Assembly (NCBI GenBank): GCA_040752695.1
Contig: JBFMGO010000113.1
Location: forward strand, 1 to 19,427
Direction: 5' to 3'
Length of the DNA: 19,427 nucleotides
Origin: a bacterium
Lineage (GTDB): Bacteria > SZUA-182 > DTGQ01
Shown here: piece by piece, positions 10,449-18,094 of the stretch
Position numbering within the stretch: the first letter of the stretch is position 1
Layout: every line of letters begins with the position of its first letter
Notes under the pieces: model-generated
Told to the model about the DNA's origin: nothing
Seen by the model: only the letters and a program-made list of their open reading frames with translations
The model's database searches: none
Program-made: the position numbers and the translations under genes

Positions 10449-10496
10449 AAAGACACCTTACGAGACACTAAACGAGACACTGAAAAGAGACTGGAA
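10449..10496. repeat. Degenerate 12-nt tandem repeat, 4 copies
   Basis: AAAGACACCTTA / CGAGACACTAAA / CGAGACACTGAA / AAGAGACTGGAA. Confidence 0.65.
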
Positions 10497-10564
10497 AAAG
10501 GCCAGCACGTGAGCAGGCCAAAGAGCGTGAAAAAGACCACCTTTTAAGAAAGCAGGTAAAAAGA

Positions 10565-11503
10565 ATGCCCAAGATCAAAAACTTGAGACTTCCTTGCTGC
10601 ATTTGTGAAAATCCCGACCCCCATAGCTATGAACTTTTATACCGGCTTCCCAGGGGGGAGGTCATCCAGTGCAGCCGCTGCAGTCTGGTTTACGTAAACG
10701 ATATCCCCCCAAAGAGCGACGACCAGGGAGACAGCTATTTCGATTACTGGGGAATGAATGTTTATGAGGAATCGGAAAGGTTGTTCTATGAAGAATTCCA
10801 GCAGGCCCTTGAGGAAATCAACGGATTGAAATCCCCGCCGGGGAAACTCCTGGATGTCGGGTGCGGCCCCGGATACTTTCTGACGGTATCCAGGCGCTAT
10901 GGCTGGGACCCTGTCGGTCTTGACATCAGCAAAGGAGCCGTGAATCTTGCCAGAAAAAGAGGGGAAACCGCCTTTGATTGCACCGTAGAGGAACTCGCAT
11001 CGAAATACCCGGAAGGAGCCTTTGACTGCATCACGCTTTTCAATATTCTGGAGCATCTCACCTATCCGGCCAGTGCTCTTTTTGCCGTAAAAAAGCTCCT
11101 CGGGAAAAGCGGCGTCGTGGTTATTGAAACACCCACCGAAGACAGCCTTATCCGCAGGATTGCCCACCGCGCCTACCGGCTCAGCGGAGGGAGGGTGGAT
11201 CATCTGACCAGGCAGCTCTATCATTGCGGCGGCCATCACTTCGGCTTCTCGCGAAGAACGATCAGCATGCTGCTGGCTCATCAGGGATTCCAGGTGGCGC
11301 ACATCCAGCCGGTTCTCTCATCGCCCCGGATCGCTTTAAACAAGCGCAAAGTGGAATTAACCAAAGCGCAAAGGCCAGGTGAAAAGCTGCTCCAGTTCCT
11401 CTTGATCGGTTCGATCTCCCTGGCCTGGCTTGGATCGGCGGTTCTGGGGCCCCAACGGGTGGCCAACCGGATGCGGGTGTTGGCAAGGCCGAAAAATCCT
11501 TAA
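10565..11503 (+). CDS. Class I SAM-dependent methyltransferase with N-terminal CxxC...CxxC
   Basis: CCIC..., CSRC, motif I LLDVGCGPG, GLDIS, FDCITLFNILEHL, VIETP. This type is common in polysaccharide loci. Confidence 0.9.
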   Translation: MPKIKNLRLPCCICENPDPHSYELLYRLPRGEVIQCSRCSLVYVNDIPPKSDDQGDSYFDYWGMNVYEESERLFYEEFQQALEEINGLKSPPGKLLDVGCGPGYFLTVSRRYGWDPVGLDISKGAVNLARKRGETAFDCTVEELASKYPEGAFDCITLFNILEHLTYPASALFAVKKLLGKSGVVVIETPTEDSLIRRIAHRAYRLSGGRVDHLTRQLYHCGGHHFGFSRRTISMLLAHQGFQVAHIQPVLSSPRIALNKRKVELTKAQRPGEKLLQFLLIGSISLAWLGSAVLGPQRVANRMRVLARPKNP

Positions 11504-11532
11504 CGAAAGAGAGTCGATAGTTGATTCAAAGA

Positions 11533-12969
11533 TCAGTAATTGACCGGGTAAGAATCAATGCCTGGCATTTGCCGGGCATAGGTGAAAAGATCCTCGTCCG
11601 GCGACGATGGCGCGGCTCTTTTCACCGCATCCAGATAATAAAGGGTAAATTGACGCTCCCGCAAAAACGCAAGTTCCCCTGCCGTTACACTTTCCAGGAA
11701 AAACAGGTCCTTTCCCCTTCTTTTCAGGGCAGGCATCCGGCCATCGATCGTTGTTTCTTCAAGGGCAGATTGATGGAGAAACTCAAAGACCGGCTTATAC
11801 CATTCCACGATTACGGCGGTTTTGTGATCTTTGGCCAGGCTTTCAGCAACAGGTAAGAGTTTTTGCGCATTCTGATAGACCGCCCTTCTTCTCTTTTCAT
11901 TTTTGACCACTGTCCCATAATCAAAAGGAAGAATCCTTATCTGACCATTCGTTCTGTATGCTTTTTTGTCAACGGCAGCGATGGAGACTACCCCGTTGAG
12001 AAGGAAAAAGATACAAAACAGGATGAAGAGTTTTCGGGAAAATATCCTGTCCAAAAGGATCAAGCCAAAAGGAATGAGGGGAATCAGGTAGGCAGTTTCA
12101 GCGGGAAGCTTTAAAAAAAGGAGGCTGTAGCCCGCTACGATGAGCAAAAGGACCAGGGTATCGGAATCCACCTGCTGCACTTTTTCTTTTCTGCGGATTT
12201 TAAACATGAGGGAGAAAACTCCAAAAGCCAGGATCAAAAAGGCGGGAAATCCGAGCAGCTCGGACAGTGTCCGGTATCCCCACACATAGAAAGGGTCCTT
12301 GCTCGGCACATAGCTCAGGAAGGAAAGCCCATAGCTTGAGAATACCGGAGCATAAACCAAAAGGCAGGTCAGACCAAAGAGGAAAAGGGGAGAAAGCATC
12401 TTCCTGACCGTTCTTTCCTGGAAATACAGGTGCAGGCTCAAAGGGAGAATCATGAGCCCTGAGGTAAGGCGAAAGCCTACGGCAATTCCAAGAGCAACGC
12501 CCCCCAGGGAATACTTTCGGCGAAAAAACAGGCAGCAGGCCGCCAAAATAAAAAAGAGCGCCCACATATAGTCCATGGTACAGGAGCTTTGAATCCATAC
12601 GATAGGGGCAAAACAGAATGTAACCAGAAGCCACCCCTGATTTTTAACCCGTAACAGCCTCAGGATCTCCCTCAAAGGGAAGACGGATAACCAAGAGATC
12701 AAAACCGTCATTGCATTGGTTGCCAGAAATCCTCCCGGTGAAAGGAGTGCACAGAGGATCTCGAATAAGGGGTATCCAGGTGGCCTTGACATCCAATATC
12801 TGACCGTGGCTAAAATCTTCCGGGCACTCAGCATGACAAAATAAGCATCCGGATCAAGCCCGTAACCGGAAAAGATATATGGCACTCTGGACAACAGGAA
12901 GGCACATCCTAAAATGGCCAGGGGGAAACCCGACAGGCTGACTGGGGAGTGAAGCCGATCTTCGTGCAA
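11533..12969 (-). CDS. GT-C fold (ArnT/PMT-like) membrane glycosyltransferase-like protein
   Basis: First helix followed by acidic loop LDPDA; RPPGYPLF; AVGFRLT; many TM segments; AYLIPLIPF; soluble C-terminal domain. TTG start with SD GAGGAG. Confidence 0.55.
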   Translation of the reverse strand: MHEDRLHSPVSLSGFPLAILGCAFLLSRVPYIFSGYGLDPDAYFVMLSARKILATVRYWMSRPPGYPLFEILCALLSPGGFLATNAMTVLISWLSVFPLREILRLLRVKNQGWLLVTFCFAPIVWIQSSCTMDYMWALFFILAACCLFFRRKYSLGGVALGIAVGFRLTSGLMILPLSLHLYFQERTVRKMLSPLFLFGLTCLLVYAPVFSSYGLSFLSYVPSKDPFYVWGYRTLSELLGFPAFLILAFGVFSLMFKIRRKEKVQQVDSDTLVLLLIVAGYSLLFLKLPAETAYLIPLIPFGLILLDRIFSRKLFILFCIFFLLNGVVSIAAVDKKAYRTNGQIRILPFDYGTVVKNEKRRRAVYQNAQKLLPVAESLAKDHKTAVIVEWYKPVFEFLHQSALEETTIDGRMPALKRRGKDLFFLESVTAGELAFLRERQFTLYYLDAVKRAAPSSPDEDLFTYARQMPGIDSYPVNY

Positions 12970-13239
12970 TGATTTTTTCTCCTCTCTTTCTGTGTGCTTA
13001 CAGTATACCCAGGGCCAGGACTTTTAAACAAGGGGAAAATGCACTATCCCGTATCTTACGCTCTGATGCGGCCTGTGGTGTCCAGCCACGGATTGAAGGT
13101 ACAGTCTGGTAAAATAGTTTCATAGTATGAAAAAAGTATCACAACTAATGGCCTATATGTAAAATTATTCATATCAGCTCTTCCTGTCAACTGATACAAC
13201 CTTATTGAAAAAACATGCCCGTATCGTAAAATATCGTTC

Positions 13240-13255
13240 TGGTATCCGGCTTGCA
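13240..13255 (+). promoter_or_regulatory. Sigma54 (-24/-12) promoter for the 13477 gene
   Basis: TGGTATCCGGCTTGCA = GG-N10-GC with TTGCA. Predicted start ~13266. Upstream palindrome TTTCATA-G-TATGAAA at 13118-13132. Confidence 0.6.
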
Positions 13256-13365
13256 TTCTCTTAAGGCCATACAAGGCGGTATCGCAATAGACTTTCGTCA
13301 TATGCTCGATCGTAATGGTCTACTAACCATCAAGGGGGGGAGAAAAAGAAAAAAAGAAACTGGTC

Positions 13366-13427
13366 TTATGCGCTGAATCTATTTGTATTTTTTGTATTAT
13401 GCGCTGATTTTATTTGTATTTCTTGTC
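13366..13427. repeat. 31-nt tandem duplication (27/31 identical)
   Basis: TTATGCGCTGAATCTATTTGTATTTTTTGTA followed directly by TTATGCGCTGATTTTATTTGTATTTCTTGTC. Confidence 0.9.
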
Positions 13428-13476
13428 TTAATCCGGATTAGGCCGGAGGTTTTATTTTCGTAAAAGGGGGAGCTTC

Positions 13477-14124
13477 GTGTTTCAAAGAAAAGTTTGTCTT
13501 TATCGCCTGTCTATCCTTTTTCTTGCTTGTCTATTCACGATGACTTACTTCACAGGATTATCCCACGCTCAGTATACATGGGGAAATTATCCCGCTGCGG
13601 GCTACACCTTAAGCCCATTCCTAAACAACCTGGCCAATCCATATGCCCTGGGTGTGCCTTTTACCCAATTCGGAGGTACCCAACTGTCTCCCTCTTATTT
13701 TTATTACGGACCAGCGGTATCTTCCCCTTTCAGGGGCGCGGCCGCGGCTGGCCCGTACTTTATCAATGCCCTGCTTCCGGCTGATGTGATTGGCTCCTGG
13801 TCCGGCACCTGGACAGATTCAACAGGACTGGCCACCGGGGACATGAGCCTCACCCTGGCCCAGGCACTGAGCGGCATATCCGGCACCTTAGCCTTGACTA
13901 TAGGAGGGTTGGCACGATACGGATGCGCGGTCTCCGGAGTTATCGATGTAGATACTCTCTCGATATCCGGAACCGGCCTTATCTCATCCAAGTTACTCTT
14001 GCCTTATACCATTACCATGGACGCCAGCGTGGCAGGAACTGCCATGACCGGAACCTTTACGGTCACGGACAGACTGCTCGGCACTATTCTTCAGACGGGA
14101 ACATTCACCGCCAATAAGTTATAA
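13477..14124 (+). CDS. Secreted hypothetical protein: uncharged Tyr/Pro/Gly-rich N-region plus a probable small beta-rich C-terminal domain
   Basis: GTG start after SD AAAGGGGGAG. Signal peptide ends SHA|Q. C-terminal part begins GSWSGTWT and alternates like beta-strands. Confidence 0.85.
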   Translation: MFQRKVCLYRLSILFLACLFTMTYFTGLSHAQYTWGNYPAAGYTLSPFLNNLANPYALGVPFTQFGGTQLSPSYFYYGPAVSSPFRGAAAAGPYFINALLPADVIGSWSGTWTDSTGLATGDMSLTLAQALSGISGTLALTIGGLARYGCAVSGVIDVDTLSISGTGLISSKLLLPYTITMDASVAGTAMTGTFTVTDRLLGTILQTGTFTANKL

Positions 14125-14173
14125 GGAACACTTTGCATACTGTCGGAAACAAGCTGCACATTGTCCATTTGGG

Positions 14174-14220
14174 AAAAAGAGCGGGAAGCATTATTCACTG
14201 ATGCTTCCCCTCGTTTTTTT
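14174..14220. terminator. Likely bidirectional intrinsic terminator
   Basis: AAAAA-GAG(C)GGGAAGCAT-loop-ATGCTTCCCCTC-G-TTTTTTT, between convergent genes. Confidence 0.8.
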
Positions 14221-14241
14221 CAGCCCTGGCTGCATAAAAGA

Positions 14242-15147
14242 TCAACATATCTGGCAGAGGGTCTCGACCTTATGATACTTCTGGGTTTCCGGCTGGATTG
14301 TAACATGGTTGATTCCAAACTCCTCACGAAGAATCTTGCAGGCGCGGGCCATGACTTTTTCGGCTTCTTCCAGGGAGCAGTTTTCAAGAAGAATGTGAAA
14401 GGATGCACTGATATGCCGGCTGGATATACCCCAGACGTGAATGTGGTGAACGTCCTGAATCTGTTCAACGGATTGCAGCCGGGTTCTGATGTTGACAAGA
14501 TCGATATGGCGGGGTACTCCCTCCAGCAGGATGTTGAGCGCTTCATCGAGTATCCCCCAGCAGTTACCAAGAATGAAAAGAGCAATGGCTATCGAAAGAA
14601 TGGGGTCCAGAATATAGCTATGGGTAACATGTAAAATGATGCCTGTAACCAAAACGCCTAAGGATGAAATTGCATCAGTGAGCAGATGGACAACGGTACT
14701 TTTCATGCCAAGGTCACTGGATGCACCGCTTTTTAAAAGGAGTACCGACAATGCATTGGCGATAAGAGCTATGAAAGCAACCAGGATCACAACACCCCCT
14801 GCAACAGGCTCAGGTCGTCGAATCCGCTCAATTCCTTTCCAAAACAAAAATGCGGCAGTCAAAAGCAGCAGGATTACGTTAAGGGTGGCGGCTATTGTTT
14901 CCGCTCTCTTAAAGCCAAAACTCTTGGTGTAGGTTGCTTTTTTCAGGCTGAACCTGTTGGCGCTTAAGGTAATCACGATGGAACTGACATCACTGAGATT
15001 GTGCATGGAATCGGAAATCAAGGCAAGGCTGTGGGAGAATATTCCGGCACATAATTCCACTGCGACGATGGCCAGATTTAAAATAAGTGAAATGATCAAC
15101 CGATGGATATTTTGCACGTAAAGCTCTGAAGCGTGATTATTACACAT
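14242..15147 (-). CDS. Cation diffusion facilitator (CzcD/ZitB-type Zn/Co/Cd exporter)
   Basis: SLALISDSMHNLSD (HxxxD), SFGFKRAE, HLLTDAISSLGV (HxxxD), ILLEGVP, VHHIHVWGIS, HVTIQPE. Confidence 0.93.
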   Translation of the reverse strand: MCNNHASELYVQNIHRLIISLILNLAIVAVELCAGIFSHSLALISDSMHNLSDVSSIVITLSANRFSLKKATYTKSFGFKRAETIAATLNVILLLLTAAFLFWKGIERIRRPEPVAGGVVILVAFIALIANALSVLLLKSGASSDLGMKSTVVHLLTDAISSLGVLVTGIILHVTHSYILDPILSIAIALFILGNCWGILDEALNILLEGVPRHIDLVNIRTRLQSVEQIQDVHHIHVWGISSRHISASFHILLENCSLEEAEKVMARACKILREEFGINHVTIQPETQKYHKVETLCQIC

Positions 15148-15421
15148 GTTCCTTAGTCTTTGATACGGAGTTTAAATTTATCTCAGTTTACCTTTATTCC
15201 CTTCTTTTGTACAGAAAATTTTGGCTGTTCAGATTACTTTAAAACAGCTCGCAATCCAAAAACGAGGAGGTTGATTCATTGATTTAATGCTGCAAATTTT
15301 ATAAACTATTCATAACATAACGGTCTTGTGATAGCATGAAATTTTTCGTTAAACGCTTACGAGCACGCAATAACAGGGAACCGTAAACCTTCATTGTACC
15401 TCAACGAGAAAGGATAGTACC

Positions 15422-16207
15422 ATGGAATTGAAAAAGAGCGTAACCTTGGGTCTTTTCATAGGATGTTCGATTTTTCTTTTTCTGATTGGGTCTGTTTCGG
15501 CAGAAGATTATTACATTGAGAAGAACATCGAAACGATAGTCGATGGAAAACCCGTAGATGGTGCATCTTCCACCTTGAAGATGTGGGTGAAAAATGATCG
15601 GGTACGATATTTTCACGATCGGGATAAAGATAGTATCCTGATTATCCATATGGATCAGGACAAGGCCTATCAGCTCAATGAGAAAACCAAAACGGTGAAA
15701 GAGGTGAACCTGAAAGCGCAGTTTGCGGCCCTGGAAAAAGAGATGGAGGTATCCTCGAAAAAAACGGAAAAAACCAAAAAGGTCGGCCAATGGGAAGCGC
15801 ATCAGGTAATTTTGACCTGCACGGCCAAGGGGATGTCTACAGAGATGGAGTATTGGCTCACTGATGCCATCAAGATACCCAGGGAAGTAAGGTCAAGAAT
15901 GGCTGTCTATCTTGGACAGAAGAAAATCGTTGATGAATTGAACAAGTATTCCGGCTATCCGGTAGAAATCGATGCCCGTGTGGATAATAAAAAAACCATC
16001 GTCACCAGGCTGGTAAAGCTGGAAGAAAAGGCTTTCGATAAACAATTATTTGAAATTCCAAAGGAGTATAAGACAGAGGATACGACAGCCAAAGGAGCAT
16101 TGGAGGGCACTTCTCTGCCTGACGGGAAAAAAGGGAACACTTCCACCCAGTCTCCTGCAGGTAAGGTACCGGGGAAAGAGGGTACGGAGAAAAGCTCTCA
16201 TCAATAG
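15422..16207 (+). CDS. Secreted protein, DUF4412-like
   Basis: Signal peptide ending VSA|E. KMWVKNDRVR, IIHMDQDKAYQLN, KTEKTKKVGQWEA, EYWLT, GYPV, LFEIPKEYK resemble DUF4412. Low-complexity C-terminal tail. Confidence 0.65.
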   Translation: MELKKSVTLGLFIGCSIFLFLIGSVSAEDYYIEKNIETIVDGKPVDGASSTLKMWVKNDRVRYFHDRDKDSILIIHMDQDKAYQLNEKTKTVKEVNLKAQFAALEKEMEVSSKKTEKTKKVGQWEAHQVILTCTAKGMSTEMEYWLTDAIKIPREVRSRMAVYLGQKKIVDELNKYSGYPVEIDARVDNKKTIVTRLVKLEEKAFDKQLFEIPKEYKTEDTTAKGALEGTSLPDGKKGNTSTQSPAGKVPGKEGTEKSSHQ

Positions 16208-16249
16208 GCAGCCGAAATAGACAACCGCCTACCCACCAGAATATGAGTA

Positions 16250-16295
16250 TCCAGCCCCTGTCCCTTGGCATATCCGGCGCAGGGGCTGGACTTTT
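16250..16295 (+). terminator. Probable terminator after the DUF4412-like gene
   Basis: TCCAGCCCCTG (16250-16260) / CAGGGGCTGGA (16280-16290): an 11 bp perfect stem followed by CTTTT. Confidence 0.7.
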
Positions 16296-16471
16296 GCCCT
16301 ATCCATAGTTTTTATGAGTCGAGCAGGTATTTTCCTGAATTTTTTCCCCTTCAATTCAATCAGTTACGCACAAAAGGGCTCTCCTCCCTCCACCGTTTAT
16401 CCAAATGCACATTAATTATATGGTATATGAAAAAAAATGCATAACTCTACTGGCGGAAGATTTTGATTTAT

Positions 16472-16484
16472 TATCAAATATTTA
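16472..16484 (+). promoter_or_regulatory. IHF consensus site
   Basis: TATCAAATATTTA matches WATCAANNNNTTR exactly. Confidence 0.45.
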
Positions 16485-16644
16485 ACCGGTCTTACCCCTT
16501 GCGTTTATCAGATATTCTATGTAAGAAAATACATACGGAGTCTCGATACTTTCAACGAAAATCCAAAACATTCGCTCGATTCGAGACAGCAATCTGCCTT
16601 AAAACGGAAATACCAGGAATTAAGAGCTCAGAATTATAACATTA

Positions 16645-16657
16645 AATCAACAAGTTA
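16645..16657 (+). promoter_or_regulatory. IHF consensus site
   Basis: AATCAACAAGTTA matches WATCAANNNNTTR exactly, with AT-rich sequence upstream. Confidence 0.55.
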
Positions 16658-16743
16658 AAACTGTCCCTATACAAACGATGGAGAGAATTGCCAGCCCTGG
16701 GCATAAGGAGTAACCTTTAGCATGAATTTTGCATTCTTTAATA

Positions 16744-17650
16744 AAGCATAGTGTTTGGAGATGCTGTTAAGAAATATACGCTAATTAGCAAGGGAATTAC
16801 GTACAAATTACAGCATCTTTTCATCACAAACAAACTGTTATCAAGAGGGCATGTTTTGCAAACTCATGCATGCATAATTGTAGAAAACAGTCGAGAACTT
16901 TCTGTGCGCTGCATCGTGAGCCGCATCGTTACCATGTTGCATTCATACCCTGGAAGTAATAGATCCCCAGCATTATAATCCCCAGCGCTTCAAAATATTA
17001 TAAATCGGTTTTTTCTTTATTCACAAGAGCCACCCGACCGGCAAGGTGGGGAGGTATACATTGAGACAGATCCGTCTCGATGGATATCTATGCTCGTAAA
17101 ATGCCGTAATTTCTTGAGAGCTTCCCATGCCTTTTATCGGCAGTTTCGGAATACTTAACCAGCTCCGGCAATTACGCACTATCTCATATTTATGCATACA
17201 CATTAAGCGGTGACGAGATATGATAACATGCCTTAAAGTCGTACTATATGCAATCAGCTATTTATTTGTTTTAAAAGTTCTCTATTTCTCTTTGACTTTT
17301 TTGTTTCCGGCACCATGCAAGTGCACCATTTCTATAAAAGAGAGAAAGGGGGTGAACATCAACCACTTTCAGGAATAACTGAAAGAGAACAATAATTTTT
17401 ATAGAAAGGGGGCTGATAAGGAAGCCATTTTATCGACGGATCAATGGACATCATCATTACGGAAAATCATTTTTACACGACCTTTCTTGCCATCCGCCTC
17501 AGGGTAAGAGGGGACAAAAGCAAGAGGTCCGCAAGGAGGTGTTCTTCGCCAGGAGCTGATAATAAGGAAGGTCACCGGTATTTTAGCGCGTGTGCTTTTT
17601 TAATACCGATGACCCTTGAGCTATACAAAAAGTTTGGATCTTTTTGTATG
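16744..17650. ncRNA. Candidate structured non-coding RNA region (one or more RNAs; boundaries and strand unresolved)
   Basis: No credible ORF. Consecutive stem-loops at 16752-16832, 16834-16891, 17027-17095, 17105-17176, 17366-17385, 17479-17529, 17570-17614 and 17623-17649. Flanked by inward-facing sigma54-like elements. Confidence 0.4.
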
Positions 17651-17663
17651 CAAAATATCTGCA

Positions 17664-17679
17664 TGCAAAGCATATGCCA
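17664..17679 (-). promoter_or_regulatory. Sigma54 (-24/-12) promoter pointing into the non-coding region
   Basis: Minus strand (T)TGGCATATGCTTTGCA(T) = GG-N10-GC. Predicted start ~17653. Confidence 0.6.
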
Positions 17680-18094
17680 ATATGTGATTTATAAATGGCT
17701 TGAGGATAGGTTTTTTCTATCGACGATAGCAATGTCTTGAATTGATATTCCTTCTCTTGTAACAAAGAACGGTAGTCTTAATAACAAGAGGTGAAAAAAA
17801 AAGCAGAGATTATTTCCTGCAGGCAAATTCCTTAATGCACTATCCAACAGGATATATATTTTATACACCTTCCTGTTCAGGTTTTGCCTATCCGATGCAC
17901 CCTGCTCCCCTCATCGCTGTCTGATCTGCGGAAAAAGGAGTATGGTGGTTGGATCACCTTATTACGTAAGCTATCTTCATCAAAAAGGCTACCATGGAAA
18001 ATTTGGATCTTGAGAGGTAATCTTTAGCGTAAAAACTCAAGAGGGGAGAGGAAGGTATTCCAGACCCTCTTCATAAAGTAAGGAGATTAACACT

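Noticed and set aside
13366..13427. 31-nt repeat as a CRISPR array
   Set aside because: The copies are directly adjacent with no spacer, and no cas genes are present.
10637..14932. Long antisense ORFs (10637-11302, 14161-14634 and others)
   Set aside because: Opposite-strand shadows of the methyltransferase, GT-C-like and CDF genes.
16751..17765. Short ORFs at 16751-16978, 17021-17203, 17444-17740 and 17583-17765
   Set aside because: No convincing RBS, atypical composition, no motifs, and they overlap strong hairpins. Treated as non-coding, although a small protein cannot be excluded.
13038..17845. 12-mer AATGCACTATCC at both 13038-13049 and 17834-17845, upstream of secreted genes
   Set aside because: One shared 12-mer among several kb of intergenic DNA is plausible by chance, and the distances to the genes differ.
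17821..17889. GGCAAA-initiated stem as a c-di-GMP-I riboswitch
   Set aside because: It lacks the GNRA-capped stem and the GACGCAAAGC-type second-stem context.
17947..17959. GGTTGGATCACCT resembles the 16S rRNA 3' end
   Set aside because: Only 13 nt, missing the CCTCCTT tail, and no other rRNA-like sequence nearby.
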